Source: Octopus vulgaris (lineage: Eukaryota). Taken from it: a stretch of 64,000 nucleotides of DNA. Where the stretch lies: the NCBI GenBank assembly GCA_951406725.2, contig OX597843.1, forward strand, positions 8,494,001 through 8,558,000, written 5' to 3'. The notes under the pieces are model-generated. The model did not search any database and had not been told where the DNA came from. It saw nothing but the letters and a program-made list of their open reading frames with translations. Position numbers and translations under genes: made by a program. This document shows positions 31,106 to 45,970 of the stretch, piece after piece (within the stretch, counting starts at the first letter, position 1; the number at the start of each line of letters is the position of its first letter).

Positions 31106-31245
31106 CTTGTACGTGTATCTAGAGGTACAGAGTTCGATTCTTTATAGCCGCCCTGTTAGCAACAGCTTTTCCGTCTTCTAGAGTTGTTTTCTCAATTTTA
31201 TAGGGTTTTTCTAATGCTATCCCCACTTTGAAATTAATTTTCTGG

Positions 31246-31278
<33 letters not shown>

Positions 31279-31323
31279 CGTCTTCTAAATGTTTTGCGTT
31301 CTTGTTCCAGTTTGTATTTTTTT

Positions 31324-31368
<45 letters not shown>

Positions 31369-31524
31369 TGTGGTTATATGTTTATATCAGTGTATATGCT
31401 TAAATACATAGTTAAATGTGTATATATGATATATATGGATATATGATCTTAAGTTTATCTGTGTATACATCATGCGATGTGCGTATATGTATACGTCTTT
31501 ATACATGTAGATTTTTATGCGTTC

Positions 31525-31568
<44 letters not shown>

Positions 31569-31915
31569 GAATATACACGTATATAGGTAAGTGTGAAATT
31601 ACGGGTGTGTATGTTTGTATATATAAATAAAAGAAAGTTTCATTTCATGTGAATAATATAGATACGTGCATATATATGTGTTCGCGTACAATGCCGCCTT
31701 TGCACGTAAAATGATTTCGATAGGAATGTGTATATAAACGCTTTTAAAGTTACATGTATGTATGATTAACTGTATAATATATATTTGTATTTTCCTTCTG
31801 TATATAAATACGTGCGACTGAATGTATATCTCTTTCGTTAAACACGCGTTATTAGGAAATTGTTATTTATATACATACACACACAGACGTATACATGTAC
31901 GTGAGTATATGTATG

Positions 31916-31946
<31 letters not shown>

Positions 31947-32663
31947 GTGTATGTATCTGTATGACTACTTAGATGTATATGATGTATTATTTACATATAA
32001 ATATATATATACAACCTTATATACTTACGTACTCAAAAATGCAGATATGTATAAATATATATATACATATATAAGTATATGCAGATGTATTTATGTATAT
32101 AAATATATAGGTATGTGTATATATTCTATGAATCTATGCATATATGTTTATAAAGAAATATATATGTATGTATATGCACTTCTATCTATGTATCTGTCTA
32201 TATATATATATGTAAAATATATACATTCCATATTATATATATATGTATATGTACATATATGTATATGAATATGCATGTATATATATGTACGATATATGAA
32301 TATATGTGTATATATTTCTATTATCATTATTATTCCAATAATAAATGAAATCATAATTTTTGTGATTATTAATATTATCATTATCATCTTTATTGATAAT
32401 AATAATAATAATACATGAAATTATATATCTTATATATTGTATAATATTGATGAATTTAATAATATAGCAAGGTTCATTATTTTATAATTATACCGTCATT
32501 ATAGCCATTTACAATATTGTAATTAACGGCGATGTCATTTTTACTATTGTAAATATATGCGCATAAATAATGTCTCTCGCACTGTTATTTCGGCGTATAT
32601 CATATACCCGCGTGTGAGTGTGCATTATAATATGATATATGTATATATGCATATATATATAAG

Positions 32664-32713
<50 letters not shown>

Positions 32714-32812
32714 CATGCATACATATTTATACACACACAAACACACACATATATATATATATGTGCAGATATATATATGCATATATATATATATATGTAT
32801 GTACATAGATAC

Positions 32813-32870
<58 letters not shown>

Positions 32871-32908
32871 GATATATTTGTAAATATATGAATGTGTTTG
32901 CATATATG

Positions 32909-32963
<55 letters not shown>

Positions 32964-33019
32964 CAAAATATGCCCATCTCTGCGTGTCTGTCTTTCTGGT
33001 GTGTTTATCTATCTATCTA

Positions 33020-33060
<41 letters not shown>

Positions 33061-33073
33061 TATATATATGTGT

Positions 33074-33114
<41 letters not shown>

Positions 33115-33124
33115 GATATATATA

Positions 33125-33158
<34 letters not shown>

Positions 33159-34234
33159 TACAGATACACATATACATACACACACATATATTATTCATAT
33201 GCGTGTGTGTTCGGTCCATTACGTATTTATGTCAATATATTACAAATATTGCAGTGTCATCATATAATGAACAAAAAAATTATTTACGCATCCTATTATT
33301 ATTAATACTAACTTATATGCGTCTATGTATATATGTATATATATATATATACATGTATATATACACACAAATATATAAATATATGTGTGTGTGTCCGTAT
33401 GTGTGCGTGTATATGTATGCTTTATATGTATATATATATAGTTAATTATACGCGTATACGTTCTATATACGTGTACTATATATGATTGTATGTACTACAT
33501 GTGTGTATGTATATATTGATTCAGAGACACATGTTTTTGTTTTTTTCCTGTCCAGTGTTACTGATCATATGATTATTCCCAGCAACCCGATGCGTCAAGG
33601 ACTGGAAGGCCAACTGTTTACCTATATTGGCATCTCTGCCCGAACCCAAAACAAACCAACAGCCCCTTCATCTTTCTGCCCCATCATAAACCAACGAAAC
33701 TAAAGTCCTCGGAGATGCTCTTGAACTAGTTAACGTCAAGCAGCTAGATATGATAGCCAAAAATCTCCACAACCTCACAAGAAGTCCGCAGTTTGTAATG
33801 TGGCCCGTGGCCCACTATGGTATTTTCATATAAACAAATACACAAAATTGATAACTAGATGTTCACAGCTGCTTTCTACGTTTGTCTATCTTTTCTATCT
33901 CACTGAGCTGGGACTACACAACAACAATAATAATATAAACTGACAATGGTGGACACTATACGTATTCACTTCGCTATTTAGAAATAGCATCTACTTACTC
34001 GCCCTCAAATTACCTGTCCTACAATCTTATATATATATATATAACTAATGTTGGATAAAATTTTTTTCGAGAAAAACATTTTATGAATGGCCAGCATATC
34101 AAAAAATACCTTTAAAGGTTAAATTTATATATAATTTACAAAATAAGGGCAAAAGAAAAAATTATAATGCCAAATATACCGAAAAAAAGACAAAATTGTC
34201 AATAACCATTATAGTAAATTATTATTTTGTAAAT

Positions 34235-34269
<35 letters not shown>

Positions 34270-34785
34270 ATATGAATATAATTTTGTAACTTCGTTAACC
34301 GAAAGGCAGTTTCGTTATGCCAAAGAAGAAAAATAAAAATAAAAGTGGGACTGTAGCTGGAAGGGCTCAGGTGACCCCGAGGTGGAAGGAGAAATAAATT
34401 AAAAGGTATAATGATCTTTTATAATTAGGGAATGACATAGATTTGTTTTGGCCGATTGGAGTGTTTATTCATCATTTTATATATGTATATATATTTCGTC
34501 ATGTGTAATGTAACTTGGAGTGTAATTGCTTTATATTTTCCATTAACATCAGATGAGGATGGCATGGTTCGATCGTCTATGATAATACCAAAGTTTACTA
34601 AGGAGTATCACGGGTGATTTGCAGGTGGGACTTACCTAAATGCCAAAATAACGTCGACAATAGAAATCGATAGATCGAAGTTGGAGGTTACGATTACTTT
34701 TGCGTGTGTGTTCGAATGCGATACATTTGTACACGTATATCAACATGCACAAACATATGTGTGTGTGTGTATGTGTTTGTGTGTG

Positions 34786-34852
<67 letters not shown>

Positions 34853-35018
34853 TGGCCAGATTGGAGCAATATCAAGATTAATCAGCCGAAATTGCGAGGA
34901 TGATCCGGTTCTTGACTGAAGATTGAAGGCTTCGAATGACCCGTCCGTGTTTTTGTATCGTCTTCTAAATGTTTTGATTTCTTGTCCCAGTTTGTATTTA
35001 TATATATATATATATATA

Positions 35019-35066
<48 letters not shown>

Positions 35067-35079
35067 GTTGTATGTACAA

Positions 35080-35122
<43 letters not shown>

Positions 35123-35200
35123 GGTTTGTATATCTATATAAGTATATATATATATAGTTATATGAATGTATATATAAATAACAATGTATATATGTATATA

Positions 35201-35246
<46 letters not shown>

Positions 35247-35653
35247 ATATACATACATAATTATATATACTCACACATGCATACATACACCTAGTTGAAT
35301 ATGCGTATGTTGATGTTGTGAACGTAAACATCGTACCATACATACATACGTGTGTATGTGTGTGTGTGTGTGTTTGTGTGTGGATGTAAACGTGTATTTA
35401 TATATGTAAATAATCTTCTCCGAGTGTATATAATAACTTCTTTCATGTTTGTAGAATTACAGAATCACAATGATAAGTCGCGTATCTTCGCAAGATAAAC
35501 GCTATTTTGGAGAATGCCTCTCGGGAAGTGTATTTGATATGTAGACATGACAGTATATGTATGTATATGTTTTTGCGCATATACCTATGTATACATACAT
35601 ACATACATACATGCTCGAATAAAATACCGATTTATATAAACACATTATCTACC

Positions 35654-35740
<87 letters not shown>

Positions 35741-35951
35741 GGTAAAAGAGAGTATAGTGACTTCGAAGCTTGAGTGTATGTTATGAAATCTTGCCTTTCC
35801 ACTTGCACTTCGAAGTTACTCTCGACTTTTTCCTTTTACGTAAATATATTTACATGTTCAACTATATGTTTGTTTGTGTATAACAAAATGCACAGCGATA
35901 TATAAATATTTGTGCGTATATATATATAGTGTGTGTGTGTGCGTGTACCTG

Positions 35952-35982
<31 letters not shown>

Positions 35983-36000
35983 TTATGTATGTCTGTCTGT

Positions 36001-36048
<48 letters not shown>

Positions 36049-36116
36049 TCATACAAACACAAACACACATGTATAAATTTGGGTTTATATGTATATATAT
36101 ATTATATGTTTATATG

Positions 36117-36158
<42 letters not shown>

Positions 36159-36480
36159 TTACTCCAGATGTTGACACTGTGTGTATTCTGCGTGTATTGA
36201 TATATACAAATACACACACACACACATCTATATACATACATACTTCCATACTATCATAAATATTTTTTGCGTAAGTATATCAACACAGACGCGTGAAAAA
36301 AATTTTGTAGAAGGACCTAATTATTTGAATAACATATACTAATTAACCAATAAACAGATAGGTAATAAAAATACCTTACCGGATTATAAGATACTCCATT
36401 TTTTTGCTAAAAACTGTTATGTTGACAATGTCGTCTCGTAAGTAAGTATTTAGACGTTTACATAACCGATTACAAACGTA

Positions 36481-36520
<40 letters not shown>

Positions 36521-36854
36521 TACATATATATGTATCTATGTATGTGTGTATGTATGTATGTATTTATGTATGTATGTATGTATGTATGTATGTATGTTTG
36601 TATTTATGTATATATGTATATATATATAGATGGTGAGGGCTGTATATATGTATATTTTTTTTGTGCATGATGAAATGAATATTACACGAAGAATGCTACG
36701 AAACGGCAGTAATCCGCTGGAAGTCATGTGGTTAAATAATTCTATTGTCACATCTTATACCTCCCGGATTTAAGTTTTACATATACAAACATACCTACAT
36801 ACATACATACATACATATATATTCTTGTATATATGTATGTATGTATGTATGTAT

Positions 36855-36908
<54 letters not shown>

Positions 36909-36922
36909 ATGTATGTATGTAT

Positions 36923-37006
<84 letters not shown>

Positions 37007-37231
37007 TTAGGTAGATAGGGAGATTTCCGTGTGATGGGGCAAGGTTTGTTTTTTAGCTAATTTAAGTTTGTTGTTCGTTCAAAAATGGGTACTCAAGAGG
37101 AATATCAACAGTACATGTTATCAATCAATCAGCGAATTTAGAAGACAATTGCTACAAATTAACCAGTTAATTCTTGATATCAAGTAATCTGTATATCCAC
37201 CCTACGCAACAAACTAGATACACCACGTTTG

Positions 37232-37319
<88 letters not shown>

Positions 37320-37352
37320 GATTGGTTTTGGCTGTCGGAAGCAAGAGTGGTA

Positions 37353-37405
37353 GTTTGTCTGCCTGAAGAACCTCTGCAAGCAGAGGTGAAACTTGTAGTA
37401 GCAAC
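37353..37405 (+). ncRNA. Type I hammerhead ribozyme
   Basis: ctgc CTGAAGA acctctgc aa gcagaggt GAAA c tt GTA gtag: intact core, strong stem II, minimal stem III, GUA triplet. Confidence 0.75.
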
Positions 37406-37494
37406 AGCCCGACTTCACCAAAATAAAAACATTGTTAACCTCTAATACGGTATTGAGCACTCTTTTTTGCTCGCGGCAGTCAAAACCAAAAGGC

Positions 37495-37528
<34 letters not shown>

Positions 37529-37580
37529 GTCGTATTATCAATGTAATAACCCAACTATAAGGAAAATATATATATATGAT

Positions 37581-37612
<32 letters not shown>

Positions 37613-37644
37613 TGTATGTATGTATGTATGTATGTATATATATG

Positions 37645-37680
<36 letters not shown>

Positions 37681-37861
37681 TGTATGTATGTATGTATGTA
37701 TGTATGTATATATGTATGTATATATGTATGTATGTACGCGTGTGTATAACGCAATGAAAATACGTGAAAAGTCGAAACGTTAAACCTGACGCCAAAGCAA
37801 ACACTCCGTCTCCCTATGTATATTTATATATGTATATATATATATGTGTATATATATATAC

Positions 37862-37893
<32 letters not shown>

Positions 37894-38225
37894 GCATATA
37901 TATATGTTTATATATATATATGTATGTAAATATACATATATATATGTATATTTGTATGTATGTATATATATATATATATACATACATACATACATACATA
38001 CATACATACATACATACATACATACATACTTATATTTACAACTGTAAACGGTAAGATTTATAAACAAACGCTCGCACACATGTATGTATACAAACACACA
38101 GATATATATATATATATTCATATATCTAAGCTATGACTTTTCCGCATAAAAATATACATACATACATGCAACTGTAAAACTGCAAACATAGATGAAAAAA
38201 AAAAGTATAAACACAGATACACAAC

Positions 38226-38257
<32 letters not shown>

Positions 38258-38375
38258 CAGCCGAAATCTGCGATGAGGGATCAGTTTCTGACTGAAGAAT
38301 GAAGGCTTTGAATGACCAGTTTGTCTTTTTGTTCGTCCCTTCGTGTATTTCACGTTATTTATTTATGTAAAGGTT

Positions 38376-38469
<94 letters not shown>

Positions 38470-38470
<1 letters not shown>

Positions 38471-38582
38471 TGTGTGTATATATGCTTACGTATAGCGTTA
38501 TGTCTACGATATGTCATCGTTCTGTGTATGAAGTATATATTTTGGAAAACGCGAAGTAAACAAGATATTTTCATAATTTGAA

Positions 38583-38635
<53 letters not shown>

Positions 38636-38741
38636 GTGTATATATGCTTACGTATATCGTTATGTCTACGATATGTCGCTCTGTATATGAAATATATATT
38701 TTGGAAAACGCGATATAAACATGATATTTTCATAGTTTGAA

Positions 38742-38796
<55 letters not shown>

Positions 38797-39390
38797 ATAT
38801 GTATGTATGTGTGTATATATGCTTACGTATAGCGTTATGTCTACGATATGTCGTTCTGTGTATAAAGTATATATTTTGGAAAACGCGATATAAACATGAT
38901 ATTTTCATAGTTTGAAATATATAATATATATATATATATGTATGTATATATGTATGTATGTGTGTATATATGCTTACGTATAGCGTTACGTCTACGATAT
39001 GTCGTCGTTCTGTGTATGAAGTATATATTTTGGAAAAGGCGAAGTAAACAAGATATTTTCATAGTTTGAAATATATAATATATATATATATATATATGTA
39101 TGTATATATGTATGTATGTGTATATATAGCTTACGTATAGCGTTATGTCTACGATATGTCGTTCTGTGTATAAAGTATATATTTTGGAAAACGCGATATA
39201 AACATGATATTTTCATAGTTTGAAATATATAATATATATATATATATGTATGTATATATGTATGTATGTGTGTATATATGCTTACGTATAGCGTTACGTC
39301 TACGATATGTCGTCGTTCTGTGTATGAAGTATATATTTTGGAAAAGGCGAAGTAAACAAGATATTTTCATAGTTTGAAATATATAATATA
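38470..39390. repeat. Six-unit ~150-175 bp tandem array
   Basis: gcttacgtata..gtta.gtctacgatatgtc...ttttggaaaa.gcga...tttgaaatatataa at ~38482, 38644, 38820, 38971, 39128, 39279. Confidence 0.95.
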
Positions 39391-39429
39391 TATATTGTAT
39401 ATATTTTATATATAAATTGTATAACTTAC

Positions 39430-39502
39430 CGGGAAACATCACTCCAGGGAGGCCTGCCAAAGCACAAGTTCTGTAGTAATCCTGCTGTTTAAGAGTTTGC
39501 AT
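39430..39502 (-). CDS. Candidate first coding exon of an unidentified gene (MQTLKQQDYYRTCALAGLPGVMFP, phase-1 donor)
   Basis: aaaatcATG start, non-repetitive open frame, ends ccg|GTAAGT (consensus donor); no downstream exon identified in window. Confidence 0.55.
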
Positions 39503-40060
39503 GATTTTTGAGTAAAATAAAACTCACTCTCTCTCCCTCTCTCGCTCGCTCTCACACACACTCTCTCGCTCTCGCTCTCTCGCTCTCTCACTGAAGTCGA
39601 AAAATCCCCCGACAAATCAAATTGCATTCATTATTCAGAACAGAAGAAGAAGTAGAAGAAGAAGCAGAAAGGGAGATCAACAGCAGCAACAGCAACAACA
39701 ACAATGACGACAGCGACGGCGTCAGCGTCGGCATAAAGGAAAAGGAGAGAAAGGGGAAAGGAGAGAAAAAAAAAAAGAGCTAAAATGGTTGCCGTTTGCA
39801 AAGAGGTGACGAGTTGTTGGCTGACGGATTTACTGAGATGAATGGTTGGTCGGTAGAGCTGGTTGGTTTGTCGGTGGGTGACGTTTGTTGGTTGGTTGGT
39901 TGGCTGGCTGGCTGGCTGGCTGGCTGGCGGCGGCTGGTCGGTCGGTTGGTTGGATGGCTGGCAGGCTGGCAGGCTGGCTGCTCGGTCGGTCGGTCGGTCG
40001 GTCGGTTGGTTTTGCGCTTCGTTCGCGTTGGCTGGGTTTTACAGCTCGGTTGAGCTTCGT
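39503..40060 (-). promoter_or_regulatory. Candidate 5' UTR and promoter
   Basis: CpG-rich island in AT-rich background; (ccag)n/(ccga)n tracts, Inr-like tcagt at ~39832-39836, YY1-like ccatttt at ~39782-39788, GA tracts before the ATG. Confidence 0.45.
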
Positions 40061-40154
40061 TTCTGTGCGTGTGTGTGTATGTGTGTGCGCTTCACATATA
40101 CACACACACGTGTGTGTGGGTGTGAGTGTGTGTGACATATGTGCGCGCGCGCGC

Positions 40155-40186
<32 letters not shown>

Positions 40187-40189
40187 TTA

Positions 40190-40615
40190 TACTCTTTGCT
40201 CTTTTACTCTTTTACTCTTTTACTCTTTTACTCTTTTACTTCTTTCAGTCATTTGACTGCAGCCATGCTGGAGCACCGCCTTTAATCGAGCAACCCGACC
40301 CCGGGACTTATTGTTTTGTAAGCCCAGTACTTATTCTATCGGTCTCTTTTGCCGAACCGCTAAGTAACGGGGACATAAACACACCAGCATCGGTTGTCAA
40401 GCAATGCTAGGGGGACAAACACAGACACACAAACATACACACACATACATATATATATACATATATACGATGGGCTTCTTTCAGTTTCCGTCTACCAAAT
40501 CTACCCACAAGGCATTGGTCGGCCCGAGGCTATAGTAGAAGACACTTGCCCAAGGTGCCATGCAGTGGGACTGAACCCAGAACCATGTGGTTTGTAAACA
40601 AGCTACTTACCACAC
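40190..40615 (-). mobile_element. SINE family A
   Basis: Matches family; long (gtaaaaga)n tail. Confidence 0.93.
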
Positions 40616-40682
40616 ATATAAATATTCATAAATATGCGTGTTTTGCATGTATGTGTGTGTTTATGTTATATATATATGCATG

Positions 40683-41106
40683 TGCGCAGGAGTGGCTGTG
40701 TGGTAAGTAGCTCGCTTCCCAACCACATGGTTCCGGGTTCAGTCCCACCGCGTGGCACCTTGGGCAAGTGTCTTCTACTATAGCCTCGGGCCGACCAAAG
40801 CCTTGTGAGTGGATTTGGTAGACGGAAACTGAAAGGAGCTTGTCGTATATATGTATATATATATATATATGTTTGTGTGTGTGTGTGTGTGTGTTTTGTG
40901 TGTCTGTGTTTGTCCACCCAACATCGCTTGACAACCGATGCTGGTGTGTTTACGTCCCCGTAACTTAGCGATTCGGCATAAAGAGACCGATACAATAAAT
41001 ACTAGGCTTACAAAGAATAAGTCCTGGAGTTGATTTCCTCGACTAAAGGCGGTGCTCCAGCCTGGCCGCAGTCAAGTGACTGAAACAGGTAAAAGAGTAA
41101 AAGAGT
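40683..41106 (+). mobile_element. SINE family A, full length
   Basis: gcgcaggagtggctgtgtggtaag ... ctgaaacaggtaaaagagtaaaagag. Confidence 0.93.
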
Positions 41107-41172
41107 ATGTATAAATATGCATTTTATGTATATTACATGTGTATATGTGTGTGTTGGTGTGTTTATTTATGT

Positions 41173-41231
<59 letters not shown>

Positions 41232-41476
41232 GTGTGCGTTTTATAGGCATTATATATGTGTGTATGTGCTCAATTATGTGATATATGTAGATATAAATAT
41301 GCGTGTGTTTAATATTAATATGTGTACTACATATGTGCGTGTGTGTGTGTACGTGTGTATGTGATATGTGTGTGAGTGTGTATGATAAATGTGTGCGTTT
41401 ATTATGTTATATATATGCGTATGTTTAATGTGTGTGTGTTTTATATGTGTGCATGTGTTATATATATATGTTGATG

Positions 41477-41524
<48 letters not shown>

Positions 41525-41701
41525 TTACTCACAGACACACACACACTCACACACACGTATGCATATATATATATATATATATTTATGCATACGTGTGTGT
41601 GAGTGTGTGTGTGTCTGTGTGTGTGCGTGTGTGTGTATATATATATATTTATTTACATGCAAACACACAGACATATACACACCGGCACACATACACTAAC
41701 G

Positions 41702-41767
41702 AAATGGCGGTGCCCCAGCATGGCCAGAGCTCAAGAGCTGAAACTGGGAAACATAAACATAAACATA
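41702..41767 (+). mobile_element. Short LINE 3'-tail insertion
   Basis: aaatggcggtgccccagcatggccagagctcaagagctgaaact + (aaacat)n matches 59683-59726. Confidence 0.75.
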
Positions 41768-42257
<490 letters not shown>

Positions 42258-42636
42258 ATATACGTATATACACACGTGTGTGTGTGTTTACATATGTGGG
42301 TCTTATGTGTGTGTGTGTGTTTGTACATTGTATATGTATCTGTGTGTTTTAGTACATGCATGTGTGAGTGTGTGTACAAGTGTGTGTGTGTGTGTTATAT
42401 GTTTTGTATGTCGTTTGTGTGTGTGTGTGTGTTTGTGAATGTTTGTGTGTGTGTTATGTGTTATACGTATGTGTGTGTATTTGTTTGTGTGTGTCTATAT
42501 ATGTCTCTGCGTTTGCCTGCGAGCATGCATGTGTGTATGAGAATATGAGTGTGTGTGTGTGTGATGTCTTTGTGTATTATGTTTGTCTGTGTGTGCGTGT
42601 GTATGAATGTGTATATATGCATGCATGCGCTATATA

Positions 42637-42721
<85 letters not shown>

Positions 42722-43554
42722 GTGTTTATGTGTGTTTATACGCATGCATGTATTATATATATGTCTGTATATATGTGTGTGTATATGTTTGTATGTCTAT
42801 ATGCATGCATGTGTGACTGTGTTTATATGCATATGTGTGTGTATATATGTGTATGTGTGTATGTGTGTATGTGTATCTGTGTGTATGTGTGACTGTCTTT
42901 ATATGCATGTGTGTGTGTATATATGTGTGCGTGCGTGTGTGTGCTTAGTGTGTTTATAAGAATGCATATACACACATATTATATATGTGTGTATATATGT
43001 GTATGTGTATATGTGTGTATATATGTGTATGTGTATATATGTGTATGTGTATCTGTGTGTATGTTTATATGCATGCATGTGTGACTGTGCGTGTGTGTGT
43101 CTTTATATGTATGCATGTGTTATATATATGTGTGTAAGTGTGTGTTTGTTTGTGTTTATGTATGAGTAGGTGTGTGTATCCACGAACGTTAGTGTATGTG
43201 TGCCGGTGTGTATATGTGTACGTGTTTGCGTGTAAATAAATATATATATATATACACACACGCACACACAGACACACACACACTCACACACACGTATGCA
43301 TAAATACATATATATATATGCATACGTGTGTGTGAGTGTGTGTGTGTGTGTCTGTGTGTGTGCGTGTGTGAGTAAATGCGTGTGTGCGTGTATGTGTTAA
43401 CACCTGTGTATACGAATGTGTGTACTTACTGTGTGTATGAGTATTGTATCTTCGTCTACGTGTGTGTGTGTGTATGTGTATGTCAGTGTGTGTGTGTGTG
43501 TGTGTGTGTGTACATGTGTGTGATGGAGTGTTATGCTGGTGTTGTTATTGTTAT

Positions 43555-44620
43555 TGTTGATTGATGATGATGATGATGATGATAATGATGATGTCGATGA
43601 TTGTGATGATGGTGATGATGATGGTGATGACGATGATGATGATGATGATGTTGATGATGATGATGATGATTATGGTGGTGGCGGCGGATTGGGGGGGGGG
43701 GGGGGGTTGTGGTGGTAATGTTTTTGAGAGAGAGGGAGGGAGTAACTGGAAAGGAGAGAGAGAGAGAGAGAATGCATTGTTGACGGAGATGATGCTGATG
43801 ATGCTGATCCCGTCGACTGTTGATTGTGATGATGGCGGTGGTGGTGGTGATGGTGATGATGTCGGTAGTGGAGGTGGTAGTGGTGTTTGCGGTGCTGATG
43901 GGTGAGAGTATGAGGAACGGGAAAAGTCGGAAGGCGTTGGTGGTGGTGGCGGAGGTGATGTTGGTGGTGGGGATGATGGTGGTGGTGGTGGTGATGGTGA
44001 TGATGATGATGGTGGTGGTAGTGGTGGTGATGGTGGTGGTGGTGGTGGTAGTGGTGGTGATGGTTGTGGTGTTAGTGGTGGTGATAGTGGTGGTGGTGGT
44101 GGTGGTGATGATGGTGGTGATGGTGATGATGATGGTGGTGGTGGCGATGGTGGTGATGTTGGTGATGGTGGCGATTATGATGATGTTGGAGGGGAGGTAA
44201 TGGTGGTGGTGGTAATGGTGGTGATGATGATGATGGTGGTGGTGGTGGTGGTGGTGGTGTTCATAGTAGTGATGGCGGTGGTGGTGGAGATGGTTGTGGT
44301 CATCGTAGTCAGGGTGATAGTAGTGATGGTGTACATGGTCCCGTGATTATGTATTGTGGTGGTGGTCATGGTCGTGTTGGTGGTGGTGACGGTGGTGGTG
44401 ATTTTGGTGATGATGGTTGTGGTGGTGATGAGAGACAGTACGAGGGAAAAGAAAGACGGATGATGGTGGTGTTGCTGTTTTTGTTGGAGGTGGTGGTGGT
44501 GGTGATGGTGATCATTTTGATGAGTGTGGTGGTGGTCACGATGGAACGGTGCTTAATGTACTGAGATGACGGCAGCGGTGATGGTGGTGGCGATGGTGTG
44601 GTGGTGGTAGTGCTACCATG
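43555..44620. repeat. (GAT/GGT)n degenerate trimer tract
   Basis: Low-complexity gat/ggt repeats. Confidence 0.9.
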
Positions 44621-44739
44621 AGAGGTAGTGTGAGGAAGGCAGATAGATCGTGGTGGTGGTAAGCGATGTATGGAGAATGAAGCGATGTCGATGGGGTGAA
44701 AATATGGCAGCTATAGGACGATTTAGTTGGTTAAAATAT

Positions 44740-45835
44740 GAGAGAGAGAAGAGTGACAGAGAGAGAAAGATTCAAAGAGAAAGAGAGAGGGGAAGGGGGA
44801 GGGGGAGGGGAGGCAAAGAGAGAGAGAGTCACAGAAGCAAGAGAGAGAGAGACACATACATATAGAGAGATATACAAAGAAAGAGAGAGACAGAGGGAGA
44901 CACAAAAGGAGAGAGAGAATAAAAATGAGAGACCAAAAGAGAGAGAGAGACAAAGAGGCTGAAAGATAAAAGAGAGAGAGAGACAAAGAGAGAGACAAAG
45001 TGAGAGAGGCAAAATGGTTAAGGACTAAAAGAGAGAGATAAAGAGAGAGAGAGAGAGAGAGACAAAAAAGAGAGACAAAGCGAGAGACAAAGTGAGAGAG
45101 GCAAAAATGGTTAAGGACTAAAAGAGAGAGATAAAGAGAGAGAGAGATAGAGAGAGAGAGACAAAAAAGAGAGACAAAGAGAGAGACAGAGACAGAGACA
45201 AAAAGTGAGAGAGAAAAAGAGAGGGAGAGATACTAAGAGAGAGAGAGAGAAAAAGAGAGAAACAAAGGGAGAAAGACAAAAGGGGGAGAAACAAAGCGAG
45301 GGAGAGACAATAGAAAGAGAAGAAGGAAGAGAGAAATATAGAGAGATAGAGGGAGAGATTCAAAAAGAGAGAGAGAGAAAGAAAACCCAAACATATAAAG
45401 TTTGTGACAGGGAGAAAGAAAAAACCAAAGAGAGACAAAGTGAAAGAGAGACAGAGAGAAAGGGCAAAGAAGAAGAAGGAGGAGGAGGAGAAGAAGAAGA
45501 ATGAGGAGGAAGAGGAGGAGGAGAAGAAGAAGAAGAAGAAGAAGAAGAAGAAGGAGAGGAAGAAGAAGAAGAAGAAGAAGAAGAAGAAGAAGAAGATGAA
45601 GAAGAAGAATGAGAAGAAGAAGAAGAAGAAGAAGAAGAAGAAGAAGAAGATGAAGTAGAAGAAGAAGGCGAAGAAGGAGAAGAAGATGAAAGGAGAGGAA
45701 GAAGAAGAAGAAGAAGAAGAAGAAGGAGAAGAAGGAGAAGAAGATGAAAGGAGAGGAAGAAGAAGAAGAAGAAGAAGAAGAAGAAGGAGAAGAAGAAGAA
45801 GAAGAAGAAGAAGAAGAAGAAGAAGAAGAAGAGAA
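44740..45835. repeat. Polypurine (GA)n and (GAA)n tract
   Basis: Almost pure purine on + strand. Confidence 0.9.
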
Positions 45836-45970
45836 GCAAGTTTGGAAATGTTTTTTTTGTTGTAGTTATTTTGTTGTTATTGCCAATGTTCTTGATGCTG
45901 CTGTTAATGTTCATGTTATTACTGTTATAGTTGTTGTTGTTGTTAGTGTCGGTGGCGCTGCTGCTGCTGC

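Noticed and set aside
36374-36410. 27-nt minus-strand microexon (ttag|...ccg|gtaagg)
   Set aside because: In phase with the candidate first exon it contains a TAA stop; acceptor is weak.
38470-39390. CRISPR-like repeat-spacer appearance (also 60222-60632)
   Set aside because: Units are long, spacers are microsatellites, context is eukaryotic and there are no cas genes.
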